From assembly GCA_903834835.1 (NCBI GenBank), contig CAILKO010000052.1, forward strand, positions 90 through 64,089: a stretch of DNA of 64,000 bases. The letters run 5' to 3'. Source of the stretch: an uncultured Pseudomonadota bacterium. Its GTDB lineage: Bacteria > Pseudomonadota > Gammaproteobacteria > Burkholderiales > SG8-39. Below, one piece after another: positions 1-8,587 of this stretch. Made by a program: the position numbers and the translations under genes. The notes beneath the pieces were generated by a model, which was not told the DNA's origin, did no database searches, and saw nothing but the letters and a program-made list of their open reading frames with translations. Numbering within the stretch: the first letter of the stretch is position 1; every line of letters starts with the position of its first letter.

Positions 1-66
1 GTCTCTACAATCCCAGAAAACCCCTGTTGCACTGTTGGGTTGAACTCACCGAGGCTGCCGGGGAAT

Positions 67-88
67 ATAGTAACGTATTTGTTACTAT
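67..88 (+). repeat. 22-bp palindromic site copy 1 (ATAGTAAC-GTATTT-GTTACTAT)
   Basis: Perfect 8-bp inverted arms with a 6-bp spacer, 28 bp past the stop of the AbiEii-like gene. Five further copies are in the window. Confidence 0.9.
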
Positions 89-116
89 CATGGCTCGACG
101 GGGCAGATTCTCTTCT

Positions 117-977
117 TCATTTCGCTGCGGGAATATCCAGGCCGAGCAGCCCTGTATGGAACATCGCGAGCAGTCCAAGCATTTTCCCCGGGTCATGCGC
201 GTTCAGCTGCGATACGAGCGCAAGGGCCCCCTCGGGATCCAGTTCCGGCGCCAGCACCGCTTCCAGGCTTGCGACTAGGGTCTCGAACCGCGCGCTGTGC
301 TTCAACATTGCCGCGCGCGCGTCGCGTCCCAGCAGCCATGCCCCGGTTTGCTCGTAGTCGAAGTTCTCCGTCATGACGTGCAGTAACTCTGCGTAAAGGC
401 GCTCCGCGTTGCCGGCATCGAGATAGCGGCGAAGGAGCAGCGCGAGATCGACCGCGTCCTTCCCCCGCGTGTGCAGGTGCCTGTCTTTCCAGGCCAGTAT
501 TTTCAGCACCGCAAGCATGGGTAACGAGACGACACGCGCAGTGCAGTTCTGCGGCAGCAGAACGGCCAAGGCCGCCGCGTCCGCTTCGGCGTACCCCGTC
601 ACGATCATTACGTCGTCGCCGGAGGGCGGCCACGCGATCGAACCGTCGGCCCGTTCCACGGCCCCGAACGGTATCAGGTCGACCCAGCCGGACTTTCGAT
701 GGCGGAGCTTGTGCAACGTATCGCGGTAGGGTTCGAACAGACCGCTCGCCACCAGCGCTTCGCGGGCGACGGCAAACTGTTGCCAGTCAGCTACGGCAAG
801 CGCCAGGTCGGTATCGGTGGTCGCGCGCTCGATTCGGATACCGTATCCGTAGTGCAGGATCAGATCGCGAGCCAGCGCACCGACCAGCAGCGGCTGAAGT
901 GCGGGCGCCACCTCGCGGAGATCAGCGACAAGTTGCGCCAGCCAGGCCAGGTCCTGCTTGTGCGACAGGTCAAGCAC
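117..977 (-). CDS. AbiEii-like nucleotidyltransferase (type IV TA toxin)
   Basis: 286 aa. The motif LVGALARD...RATTDTDL is a DNA pol beta-like NTase signature, and KILAW...KDAVDL follows. It overlaps the upstream AbiEi-like gene. Confidence 0.8.
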   Translation of the reverse strand: MLDLSHKQDLAWLAQLVADLREVAPALQPLLVGALARDLILHYGYGIRIERATTDTDLALAVADWQQFAVAREALVASGLFEPYRDTLHKLRHRKSGWVDLIPFGAVERADGSIAWPPSGDDVMIVTGYAEADAAALAVLLPQNCTARVVSLPMLAVLKILAWKDRHLHTRGKDAVDLALLLRRYLDAGNAERLYAELLHVMTENFDYEQTGAWLLGRDARAAMLKHSARFETLVASLEAVLAPELDPEGALALVSQLNAHDPGKMLGLLAMFHTGLLGLDIPAAK

Positions 978-1989
978 CGGGGTGGACGATGCGCTCGTAG
1001 ATCAGCCTGGCGGTCTCCATGCAGCGCCCGTCGCCGTTCGCCATCAGATCCGCGTACACCAGGGGCTCAGGCGCCAGCGTTGCATCGTCGCCATCGAATG
1101 TCCAGAAGCGGCGATAGATTTCGACGTTCCCGTCTTCCTCCGTACGCAGCCGCAGATCGAGCAGCAGTCGCGGATCGATCCTGTCCGCGTAGAAGGTTGC
1201 GGTAGCGGGTCGCAGGTAGCGGGTGATTCGTCCTCCGGCGGGCTCTCCGCCCAGCACCGCGCCGTACCGGGTCGGGTCGAAAGTATCCCACCAGGCAAGC
1301 GTCTCGGCCCGGTAGCGCCCGAGCAACAGGCGCGGCCGCAGCGTATGCGGGTAGAACTCTGCCCACTGCTGCAGCAGACGTTCTCGTTGCAGCAGTCTGC
1401 GCTTGCCGCGCATCTCGTTTGCGTAGCCAAGCTTCGGCAGTTCCGCCATGACCCAGCCCACGGTGCCGTGCGCCACGTTGGCGCGCCGGGCAATCTCGCG
1501 ATAAGGCAGATCGATCCATTCGGGATGGCAGATCAGCGCAAACAGAACCTGGAGGCCGCTCGCCTGGAAAGCGCGCCCGGCCGGCTGCCGTGCAAGCCCC
1601 GCGGTGAGTTGCTTCCTGCCTTGTACCCAGATGAACAGGGGCGGCTGATCGAGGAAAGCGTTGCCGGCGGCGTCCAGGAACGGGATGCGCCGTGTCCGCA
1701 ATTCGTTTGCGATCGGGGGCGTAATGAAGTCGGCCACGAACAGCCCCGGCGCACCCAGTCGTTCGATCTGGTGAACAACCGCGTTGAGCGCTGCCGGTCG
1801 CAGACCGCGCTTCAGCACGACAACGTAGGTGGCGTCCCGCCCTCCGTAACCCAGGCGTACGCTTGCATCGGCCCTGGTGTTGCGCGGGGGAACCCCGTTG
1901 TCCTCGATCGCTGCGGCCACGCCGTACCCCCGCAGTCGAGCCAGCGCGGTCTCCAGCAGATCCTTGGTTCGGTGGGGGAGTATGTCCAC
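970..1989 (-). CDS. Type IV TA antitoxin, AbiEi family transcriptional regulator
   Basis: 339 aa with IPFLDAAGNAFL, an HTH-like PYREIARRANVAHGTV, GGEPA and C-terminal PLVYADL. Coupled to the NTase gene. Confidence 0.8.
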   Translation of the reverse strand: MDILPHRTKDLLETALARLRGYGVAAAIEDNGVPPRNTRADASVRLGYGGRDATYVVVLKRGLRPAALNAVVHQIERLGAPGLFVADFITPPIANELRTRRIPFLDAAGNAFLDQPPLFIWVQGRKQLTAGLARQPAGRAFQASGLQVLFALICHPEWIDLPYREIARRANVAHGTVGWVMAELPKLGYANEMRGKRRLLQRERLLQQWAEFYPHTLRPRLLLGRYRAETLAWWDTFDPTRYGAVLGGEPAGGRITRYLRPATATFYADRIDPRLLLDLRLRTEEDGNVEIYRRFWTFDGDDATLAPEPLVYADLMANGDGRCMETARLIYERIVHPGA

Positions 1990-2002
1990 GATTCAAGCAT
2001 TA

Positions 2003-2116
2003 TCCATGATGCATGGACAGCGGTCAAATTGTGGACAAACAGAGATTCCGGAGGGTTGTTCCCGGGAACAAAGCTGGCACCTCGTCCATTCTGGAATCAA
2101 ATCCACGCTACGTGGA
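2003..2116. promoter_or_regulatory. Probable AbiEi autoregulatory operator region
   Basis: TCCATG-atg-CATGGA (2003-2017) and TCCACG-cta-CGTGGA (2102-2116), extra GTGGACA half-sites, and the perfect palindrome TTGTTCCCGGGAACAA (2056-2071), all upstream of the antitoxin. Confidence 0.5.
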
Positions 2117-2182
2117 CATTAATCTCCGGTGGACACGCATTCCTGGGCTGCAACCCCTTGCTCACGCTCGCAACGGTTCCCC

Positions 2183-2460
2183 TCAGATCTCCGCATAAGC
2201 CCGTGGTGCCACATCGCGGCAGCGCTGGTCGAGCTGGTGGGCGATCCAGTCGATGAGCTGCGTCGTCAGCGCCGCGAAATTCGACTTCGGGAAATACGTG
2301 CCGCACTGCTTGCCGGTCAGCACCGCCACCTCGCTGCGGCTCTTCAGCTCGACGAACCAGCCCGGCAGCACCACCACCTGCTTCACTGCCACCGGCTCGC
2401 CGACCGCGCGGGTGAGAAAATCGCGCAGCCAGTCGGCGTTCATGCGCGCCTTTTCGAGAG
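2183..2460 (-). pseudogene. 3' remnant of a NERD-domain nuclease gene
   Basis: Reads LEKARMNADWLRDFL...VVVLPGWFVE, resembling the C-terminal half of NERD proteins. The 5' part is missing and the junction lies at the subtilase stop. Confidence 0.55.
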
Positions 2461-2462
2461 TC

Positions 2463-4094
2463 TTACTGTGGGGCGCTCAGTGCATCCCGCGCGACGCCGA
2501 AGCCACGTTGCTGAAGTGCCTTGACCGTGGACGCCGGTGCGGTGACCGAGAATCGCGAGCTGTCGCCCGGCAGTCGCTCCACGTATACGACGGAACCGCG
2601 CGGCGCTGAAGCACCCATGTCGTTGACCACGTCCAGGGGCGCCACGCCGCCCGCGCCGCTGGTGAGTATGAACTTCTCGAGTCGCTCGCCCGCGCCCGAG
2701 GTCACAGCGGGAACAGCTCTAATCGTTCCAGACGATGTACCGGCTTTGAGCACTTCATCGGCCGCCGCAGCAAGACGGATCCTTGAATAGATCGCATTCG
2801 TTGCCCGGTCCTTCACCGGCAGGCCGGTCGACTTCAATGCGGAGAGCACCTCGGCAACCGAGGCCTGGGGTCTGGTCTGCCGTATGAGTGACCATGCCGC
2901 GGCCACGTGTGGTGTCGCCATCGAGGTTCCACTCTTTATTGCGTAGCCCCCGCCGGGAACCGTTGAAAGAATCTGGTCGCCCGGGGCCACGAGAGAAAGA
3001 AAACGGCTCCGGTTGGTGTAGGCCTCCGCAAGCTGATTCCGATCGTCTGTCGCCCCGACTGAGATCGCAGATGAAATACAAGCCGGCGAGGAAATGCGAT
3101 TCGGCCTTCCGTCATTGCCCGCCGCGACTATGGTCGGAATACCGACACTGACCAGCTGGTCAATATCGGTCTTCATGGGCTCCTGGTCGCACTGCCCCTC
3201 GTAAGTGTCTACGCCAAGACTCATATTCACCGCGACAATCTGTCGCGTCCGTGCAAGTTGCTTTACGTACTGTAGTGCCTTGATCTGGTCCGAGGTCCAC
3301 GACCGGGCACAAGGTGTCGCAGAACGGCATACATCCGCATTGTTAAGCACGGAAAAGACCTGTATCGCAACAATCCCCGCGTTCGGCGCGATGCCCGATA
3401 TGGGTTTCCCCGAGATCGATCCGACTGAACTGGCCACAATGCCCGCCACATGCGTCCCGTGGTCACAGCCCGCCACTTTCGAGGCACAGGGTCGTGCGGT
3501 CCCCGGCCCTTCCTCGAACGCCCCGCCATTCGGACACGCGGACTCCGAATTCGAGCTCGCGTCGGAGCTCGAGAAGCAAGCCTCATGTGCAATATGCGAC
3601 TTCAGCGCGGGATGTGCCGTATCCACGCCGGTATCCAGAACCGCAACAAACACCTTCTCTCCTCTGATATTGCGCCCCCACAGCGTGGGCGCCTCCACCA
3701 GCGGCGCACTCTCCTGCAACGAGGGTTCCGAGAGGCGATCCACGTACACGCGCGCGAGATTCGGATTCTTCATCATCGCAAGATATCCGCTTCCGTTCAC
3801 TGTCGCGCTAACCAGTCCCGGTGCAATCGCGCTTGCCCGTCTCGAAATCAGGTCGCCCGCCTGTACCGTCGCAGTCGCAAGGTCGCTTGATGACATCGTT
3901 GCAGAGAGACCCGGGATGACTGACGCAGGCTTGACCTCGGCAATGACACGAATCGCACCGAACTGCCGCAGAGCCCGCTGGGCTTCGGGGGGCAGTTGCG
4001 CGCCCGCTTCACCCGCCAGCGCTGCGACTGCAATGCCGGCGCACAGGAGACGTTGCCCCGACCTACGTAGCACCCCCGCTATTCGTTGATTCAT
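2463..4094 (-). CDS. Secreted S8 (subtilase) serine peptidase
   Basis: Catalytic motifs VLDTGVD, HGTHVAG, AAGND and GTSMATPHVA. Signal-peptide-like N-terminus from ATG 4094, preceded by a purine-rich RBS. Confidence 0.9.
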   Translation of the reverse strand: MNQRIAGVLRRSGQRLLCAGIAVAALAGEAGAQLPPEAQRALRQFGAIRVIAEVKPASVIPGLSATMSSSDLATATVQAGDLISRRASAIAPGLVSATVNGSGYLAMMKNPNLARVYVDRLSEPSLQESAPLVEAPTLWGRNIRGEKVFVAVLDTGVDTAHPALKSHIAHEACFSSSDASSNSESACPNGGAFEEGPGTARPCASKVAGCDHGTHVAGIVASSVGSISGKPISGIAPNAGIVAIQVFSVLNNADVCRSATPCARSWTSDQIKALQYVKQLARTRQIVAVNMSLGVDTYEGQCDQEPMKTDIDQLVSVGIPTIVAAGNDGRPNRISSPACISSAISVGATDDRNQLAEAYTNRSRFLSLVAPGDQILSTVPGGGYAIKSGTSMATPHVAAAWSLIRQTRPQASVAEVLSALKSTGLPVKDRATNAIYSRIRLAAAADEVLKAGTSSGTIRAVPAVTSGAGERLEKFILTSGAGGVAPLDVVNDMGASAPRGSVVYVERLPGDSSRFSVTAPASTVKALQQRGFGVARDALSAPQ

Positions 4095-4157
4095 TCCTGC
4101 CTCCTTCCCCAACTGTCGATATTGCGAGCCATGCTTCACCCGCAAACAAAGTCAAAC

Positions 4158-5684
4158 CTACGGAACCATGTCCTCGCTTCCCTTCTCGATATTCATCTCC
4201 TCTTCCGGTGTCGTATGCGATATGAGTCCGCCGACCAGCATGGTGTTCTTCGTCGCATCCAACACACGGTAGGTCACCTGCGCGGTGGCCGATCGGCCGA
4301 GTCGTGCCGAGCGCCAGCCGCTCGTCTTCGTATCCTGTACGTCCTGACTCGCGAACGAATAAACAAGCCTGGGCTTTGCCTTTATCGCTTCACCCAGGGT
4401 CAGCAATGCCGCGTGGCCCGTCATCTTGTTGTCCGCACCAGGCTTGAACAGGTCCAGCAGCCCTTTCGCAGGCTCGAGGGTCGCCTTGAGCTGGCCGGCG
4501 AGTTGTCGAAGCTGCACCAGATGATCGACAAGCTTGCCGATATCGGGCTTCGGATCCACCTTCTCTTTGCCTGTCCCGGTTGCTGCCGGTTTTTTGTCCG
4601 GTACAGCCGCCTGTTCCTTCTCCTGCACCTTGGCAATCTGGCCTTCCAGGGACTTGATCTCGGCATCGCCCCGGGTCGCCGTATCCTGTGCACGCAGGTA
4701 GGTAATCAGCAGTGTCCGGTACTTTGTACCCAGGAGATCAAGTTGCGCCTTGACGTCGAAAACCAGGTACTCCGGCACAGCGTTATCGATGACGTTCGTG
4801 CACGTCGCGTGAGTCCCCAGATACGTGGCAAACAACTCGCCTCGCGTGCTGTCGGTCCCCACCGCGAGCGCCCGATCCGTTCTGAATAGCTTGGCTACCG
4901 ACTGGATGCCGCCCGCGATATATGGCAGCTGCGCCAGGAGGGCAAGGGCAGCAGGAATTGCCTGCGGCCCGGCAAGCTGGGGGCGCAATGCCTTGTCGAA
5001 CGCGCTACGCGCACCGTCCACCTTGCTCTCGATGTCATCGAAGGACGCCTTCACCTGCTGCGCCTCCTGGATCGCCACCAGTTTTGAAAGGTCCGTCACC
5101 ACGGCACCCTTGATCCCCGCCGAGGACAGCTTGCCGCACAGCTTGCCCGCGAGTTTCTCTGCGGCCTTCGCCGACATGACCGAGCTCTGCAGCAGGCGCG
5201 TCCCCTCGCTCTTGATGTCTACGCTGCCTTCCTTGCCCTGCGCTGCGGTGAAATACTGCTTGAGGACGTCCGTATCCACAAAATCGCTCTTCAACTGCGC
5301 GGTGAGCAGGGAGTTCTTCGCTTCCTGCAACGCCTTCTGCGCGTTGGCCATCGCCGCCGCAGCGTCCGTATCGCCTTTTGCGAGATTGCTCTGCGCTGTC
5401 TGAAGAGCCACCAGCGCGGCGATCAGCGTGGACTGCTGTGTCGTATCCGCGGCGCGCAGGGCATCAGCACCGAGCGATCGCTGAGCCGTCAGTATGCTCG
5501 CCTGAGTCTGCAGAATCTGGAACTGCAGCGATAGCATCTGCTGTTGCGTCGTCAGCTCGGCAATCTGCTGCTGGGGGGTGGGCTGGTCCTGCGCCACGGC
5601 GAGACCGGAAGTCGCCGCGAAACCGGCTGCAGCGAGTGCCATGAGCGAAGGACGTATGCGGAATCGGACCGGCGTATGCGTCAT
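4158..5684 (-). CDS. Secreted hypothetical protein with coiled-coil/Gln-Ala-rich segments
   Basis: 508 aa with a signal peptide (LMALAAAGFAATSGLAVA-Q) and heptad-like helical stretches. No family recognised. Co-oriented directly upstream of the subtilase. Confidence 0.7.
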   Translation of the reverse strand: MTHTPVRFRIRPSLMALAAAGFAATSGLAVAQDQPTPQQQIAELTTQQQMLSLQFQILQTQASILTAQRSLGADALRAADTTQQSTLIAALVALQTAQSNLAKGDTDAAAAMANAQKALQEAKNSLLTAQLKSDFVDTDVLKQYFTAAQGKEGSVDIKSEGTRLLQSSVMSAKAAEKLAGKLCGKLSSAGIKGAVVTDLSKLVAIQEAQQVKASFDDIESKVDGARSAFDKALRPQLAGPQAIPAALALLAQLPYIAGGIQSVAKLFRTDRALAVGTDSTRGELFATYLGTHATCTNVIDNAVPEYLVFDVKAQLDLLGTKYRTLLITYLRAQDTATRGDAEIKSLEGQIAKVQEKEQAAVPDKKPAATGTGKEKVDPKPDIGKLVDHLVQLRQLAGQLKATLEPAKGLLDLFKPGADNKMTGHAALLTLGEAIKAKPRLVYSFASQDVQDTKTSGWRSARLGRSATAQVTYRVLDATKNTMLVGGLISHTTPEEEMNIEKGSEDMVP

Positions 5685-5877
5685 ATTGGGCTCCTGATCG
5701 GGACAACTGAGGGTCGAACTCTGGCGCGCATATATAGCGCAGCTTTGCGTTGCTGGCTCTATCTGATTTAGAGAATGGAGTCAGAGGCAACGAGGAGCGG
5801 CATGACTCTGTCCAACCCTGAAGTGCGCCTTTTGCTCGTGCGGTTCGGGGAAGAGTTTACGAGCGATTCTTTAGCGT

Positions 5878-5899
5878 ATGGGAACGTATTTGTTACTAT
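5878..5899 (+). repeat. 22-bp palindromic site copy 2 (ATGGGAAC-GTATTT-GTTACTAT, degenerate left arm)
   Basis: 20/22 identical to copy 1, and 28 bp past the helicase stop. Confidence 0.8.
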
Positions 5900-5927
5900 C
5901 TCTTGCAGGACGAGCCGGTTTCCCCCC

Positions 5928-7778
5928 TCAGCGCCCGTTCGCACGCCGCAGCCGCAGCGCGAACTCCGAATCTGCGTGATGCGTGACGATAAGACGGTCC
6001 ACGGCCCGCGTCATCGCGACGTACAGCAGGCGCGCTTCCGCCGCTGGGTCTTCTTCGCGGTGCGGGAGATAGCCGATGCCGGGCACGAGCACGACGGGGA
6101 ACTCCAGGCCCTTGCTCGCGTGCATCGTCATCACCTTCACGCTATCGGCGGCGGGATCGTAGCGGCGCGCGCCGGCGGTTCGGCCGAGCCATTCCACAGG
6201 CACGCTCGCGCGTTCGAGGGCTTCGACGATGCGCTCGCCCATGAACTTCACGCGATACACCACCGCCATCTCGTTCCACGGCATGCCCGAGGCGTGCAGC
6301 GCCTTCAGCCGCTCGACGGCAAAGGCCGCCTCGCTGCGGAAGTCCGGGAACTTCAGGATCTCCGGCTTCGGCCCGTGTCGCCCGGCGCTCTCGGGGCTGA
6401 TGAGCGGCACGCCATCCTCTTCGGCTTCCTCCGGAGTCATCACTTCGCGCGCGAATTCGTAGGCCATGGCGAGCACTTCGGCTGTGTTGCGGTAGTTCAG
6501 GCGCAGGATGGTCGTGCGCCCGCGCGCCTGGATGCCGACCTCGGCAAAGCTGAAGCCGCGCTTGCGCCGTGCACCGTAGAGCGCCTGTGCATCGTCATAG
6601 AGTACGAGCAGCGAGTTCGTATCCGGGTCCACCATCTGGGAGACGATGCGCAGCCAATCGGGCTCGAAGTCATGGCCTTCGTCGATCAGCACTGCCCCGT
6701 ATTGCGCGCGCGGGATCAGTTTCGCGTCCACGCCGGAAATCACCGCCTGCACCAGCGCCTGCCAGTAGCCGTCTCCGGGCGGAGGCTTGCGTGCGTGGTA
6801 GAGCCGCAGCTGATCGTTGCACCAGGCATGGAAACTGCGCACGCTGACCTTTTCCTCCAACCCTGCCGCGTGCATCAGATGGGCGAGCCGTGCAGAGAGC
6901 GAAACGTTGAAACACAGCACGAGGATCGGCTTCGCAAGCAGCTTCGCCAGATGCTGGGCGCGATAGCCGAGGATCATCGTCTTCCCCGAGCCGGCCACGC
7001 CGTGGATCACGCGGTGGCCCTCGCCCAGGCTGCGCGCGAGCTGCTCCTGCTGCAGGTCCATCACGCGAACGAGGTCCGGAATCGTCGGCGTCTCCTCCGC
7101 TGGTGCATCGCCGAAGTCCAGTCCGACCTGCGCGGCCGGCACGCGGATCTCGGGGAAGAGATGCCAGCGGATGCGGTCCACCTGCGGCAGCGTCAGCATC
7201 GTGCGGAACACCACGCCGAACATGCGCCAGAGCCGCTCCTGGAAAAACTCTGACGAGACCGACTCCACCATCTCGTCCTGGCAGATCACGCGCTCCGGCG
7301 GCAGGATGTTCCTCAGCTCCGCGGCATGCGAGGGATGCTCCAGCTGACGGCGCGTGATACCCGCCAGCACCACGCCATAGCCCCAGGGGAAAATCAGCCG
7401 CCCGGCCATGGGGTGGCCGTCGGGATGCACCAGCGCCGGATCGCGCTCCATCACCCGGCACACCGCATGCGCGTACTGACGGGCCTGCTCGAGCGGATTC
7501 GCGACTACCTTGTCGCCGCGCTCCGTACGGATCGTCGCTGACATCTTGTCCATCGCGACAATCGTTTCCAGCTTCCAGTCCTTCACCTCCAGCACCAGCA
7601 GCCCGCGCCGCGGATTCAGCACCAGAAAATCCGGATGCTGCCGCGCATTGCCGACCGGCACGTCGTACCAGCAGAGATAGTCGTCTTCGAGATGCGATTC
7701 GAGCCGCTGGCCAAAGCGCCGCTCGCCGGAAGTCATGCGGCGGAGTGCGGTGGAGAGGGCTGGGATGAGGGTGGCCAT
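5928..7778 (-). CDS. NERD nuclease fused to a UvrD-like SF1 helicase
   Basis: N-terminal PDF...LEVKDW (NERD), Walker A GVAGSGKT, LIDEGHD, and TMHASKGLEF plus LLYVAMTRA (UvrD C-terminus). Confidence 0.88.
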   Translation of the reverse strand: MATLIPALSTALRRMTSGERRFGQRLESHLEDDYLCWYDVPVGNARQHPDFLVLNPRRGLLVLEVKDWKLETIVAMDKMSATIRTERGDKVVANPLEQARQYAHAVCRVMERDPALVHPDGHPMAGRLIFPWGYGVVLAGITRRQLEHPSHAAELRNILPPERVICQDEMVESVSSEFFQERLWRMFGVVFRTMLTLPQVDRIRWHLFPEIRVPAAQVGLDFGDAPAEETPTIPDLVRVMDLQQEQLARSLGEGHRVIHGVAGSGKTMILGYRAQHLAKLLAKPILVLCFNVSLSARLAHLMHAAGLEEKVSVRSFHAWCNDQLRLYHARKPPPGDGYWQALVQAVISGVDAKLIPRAQYGAVLIDEGHDFEPDWLRIVSQMVDPDTNSLLVLYDDAQALYGARRKRGFSFAEVGIQARGRTTILRLNYRNTAEVLAMAYEFAREVMTPEEAEEDGVPLISPESAGRHGPKPEILKFPDFRSEAAFAVERLKALHASGMPWNEMAVVYRVKFMGERIVEALERASVPVEWLGRTAGARRYDPAADSVKVMTMHASKGLEFPVVLVPGIGYLPHREEDPAAEARLLYVAMTRAVDRLIVTHHADSEFALRLRRANGR

Positions 7779-7811
7779 GGGGAGAAAGTTAGTGCACGAA
7801 CGGCCTGCCTG

Positions 7812-8531
7812 TCATCGGGTTCCTGCCGCAGCCGTCGCTTGCGGCACGGCATCGACCTTCTCCCGTACGCTTCGCACCATATCGAAAAAGGCGACGCCGT
7901 CGATCAGCTCGATATTGCGCCCGCGCGCGAACTCCCGCGCATCGGCCGTGTAGCTGCCCGCGCTCACCACGAAGCCGCCCGCCGCGCCGCGCGCCGCCAT
8001 CACCCCGTAGAGCTCGCGCACCGTCATCACCGGCACCTTCTGCGCACGCCACTGCTTGCACTGGACGATGAACTTCTCCGTGCCCTTCGTGAGCACCATG
8101 TCCACACCGCCGTCCGCCCCGCCCCCGCCTGTTTCCTTAACCACATAACCGCGGATGCGGAAAGCTTCCGAAACGAGGGCTTCGAACTCCTGCCAGGTCA
8201 TGTCGCCGAGGACGCTCGCGTGTTCGGCGGTGGCGACGTTGAACACGAGTTCCTCGCGCTTCGAACGTTTGTACGCGGACATCCCCGCACCGATCAGAAA
8301 CACCACCGGCAGCACATACTGGAAGAACATTGCGAACGTGCGGATCGCCGTCCAGGCAATTGCCGTACCCATCTGATTCATCGTCGTCGGCGCGGGAGGC
8401 TGCGACCCGGCCAGAACATGCAGTACGCCGAAGGAAATGAATGCGAGCGCGACACCGACCCACCAGGGCGCTTTGGCGGTGATTGCCATGATGTCTTCGA
8501 GGGGTGAATCTTTCGAACGGCGTCTTGCCAT
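7812..8531 (-). CDS. mrr: Membrane-anchored Mrr-family restriction endonuclease
   Basis: Two hydrophobic N-terminal segments, then the Mrr_cat motifs WQEFEALV, GADGGVD, IVQCKQW and IELIDG. Confidence 0.85.
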   Translation of the reverse strand: MARRRSKDSPLEDIMAITAKAPWWVGVALAFISFGVLHVLAGSQPPAPTTMNQMGTAIAWTAIRTFAMFFQYVLPVVFLIGAGMSAYKRSKREELVFNVATAEHASVLGDMTWQEFEALVSEAFRIRGYVVKETGGGGADGGVDMVLTKGTEKFIVQCKQWRAQKVPVMTVRELYGVMAARGAAGGFVVSAGSYTADAREFARGRNIELIDGVAFFDMVRSVREKVDAVPQATAAAGTR

Positions 8532-8587
8532 GATGATCTGCGAGACCCTATGAGCTTCAAAACGAACTATGAGTGTCGCTAAACCCT

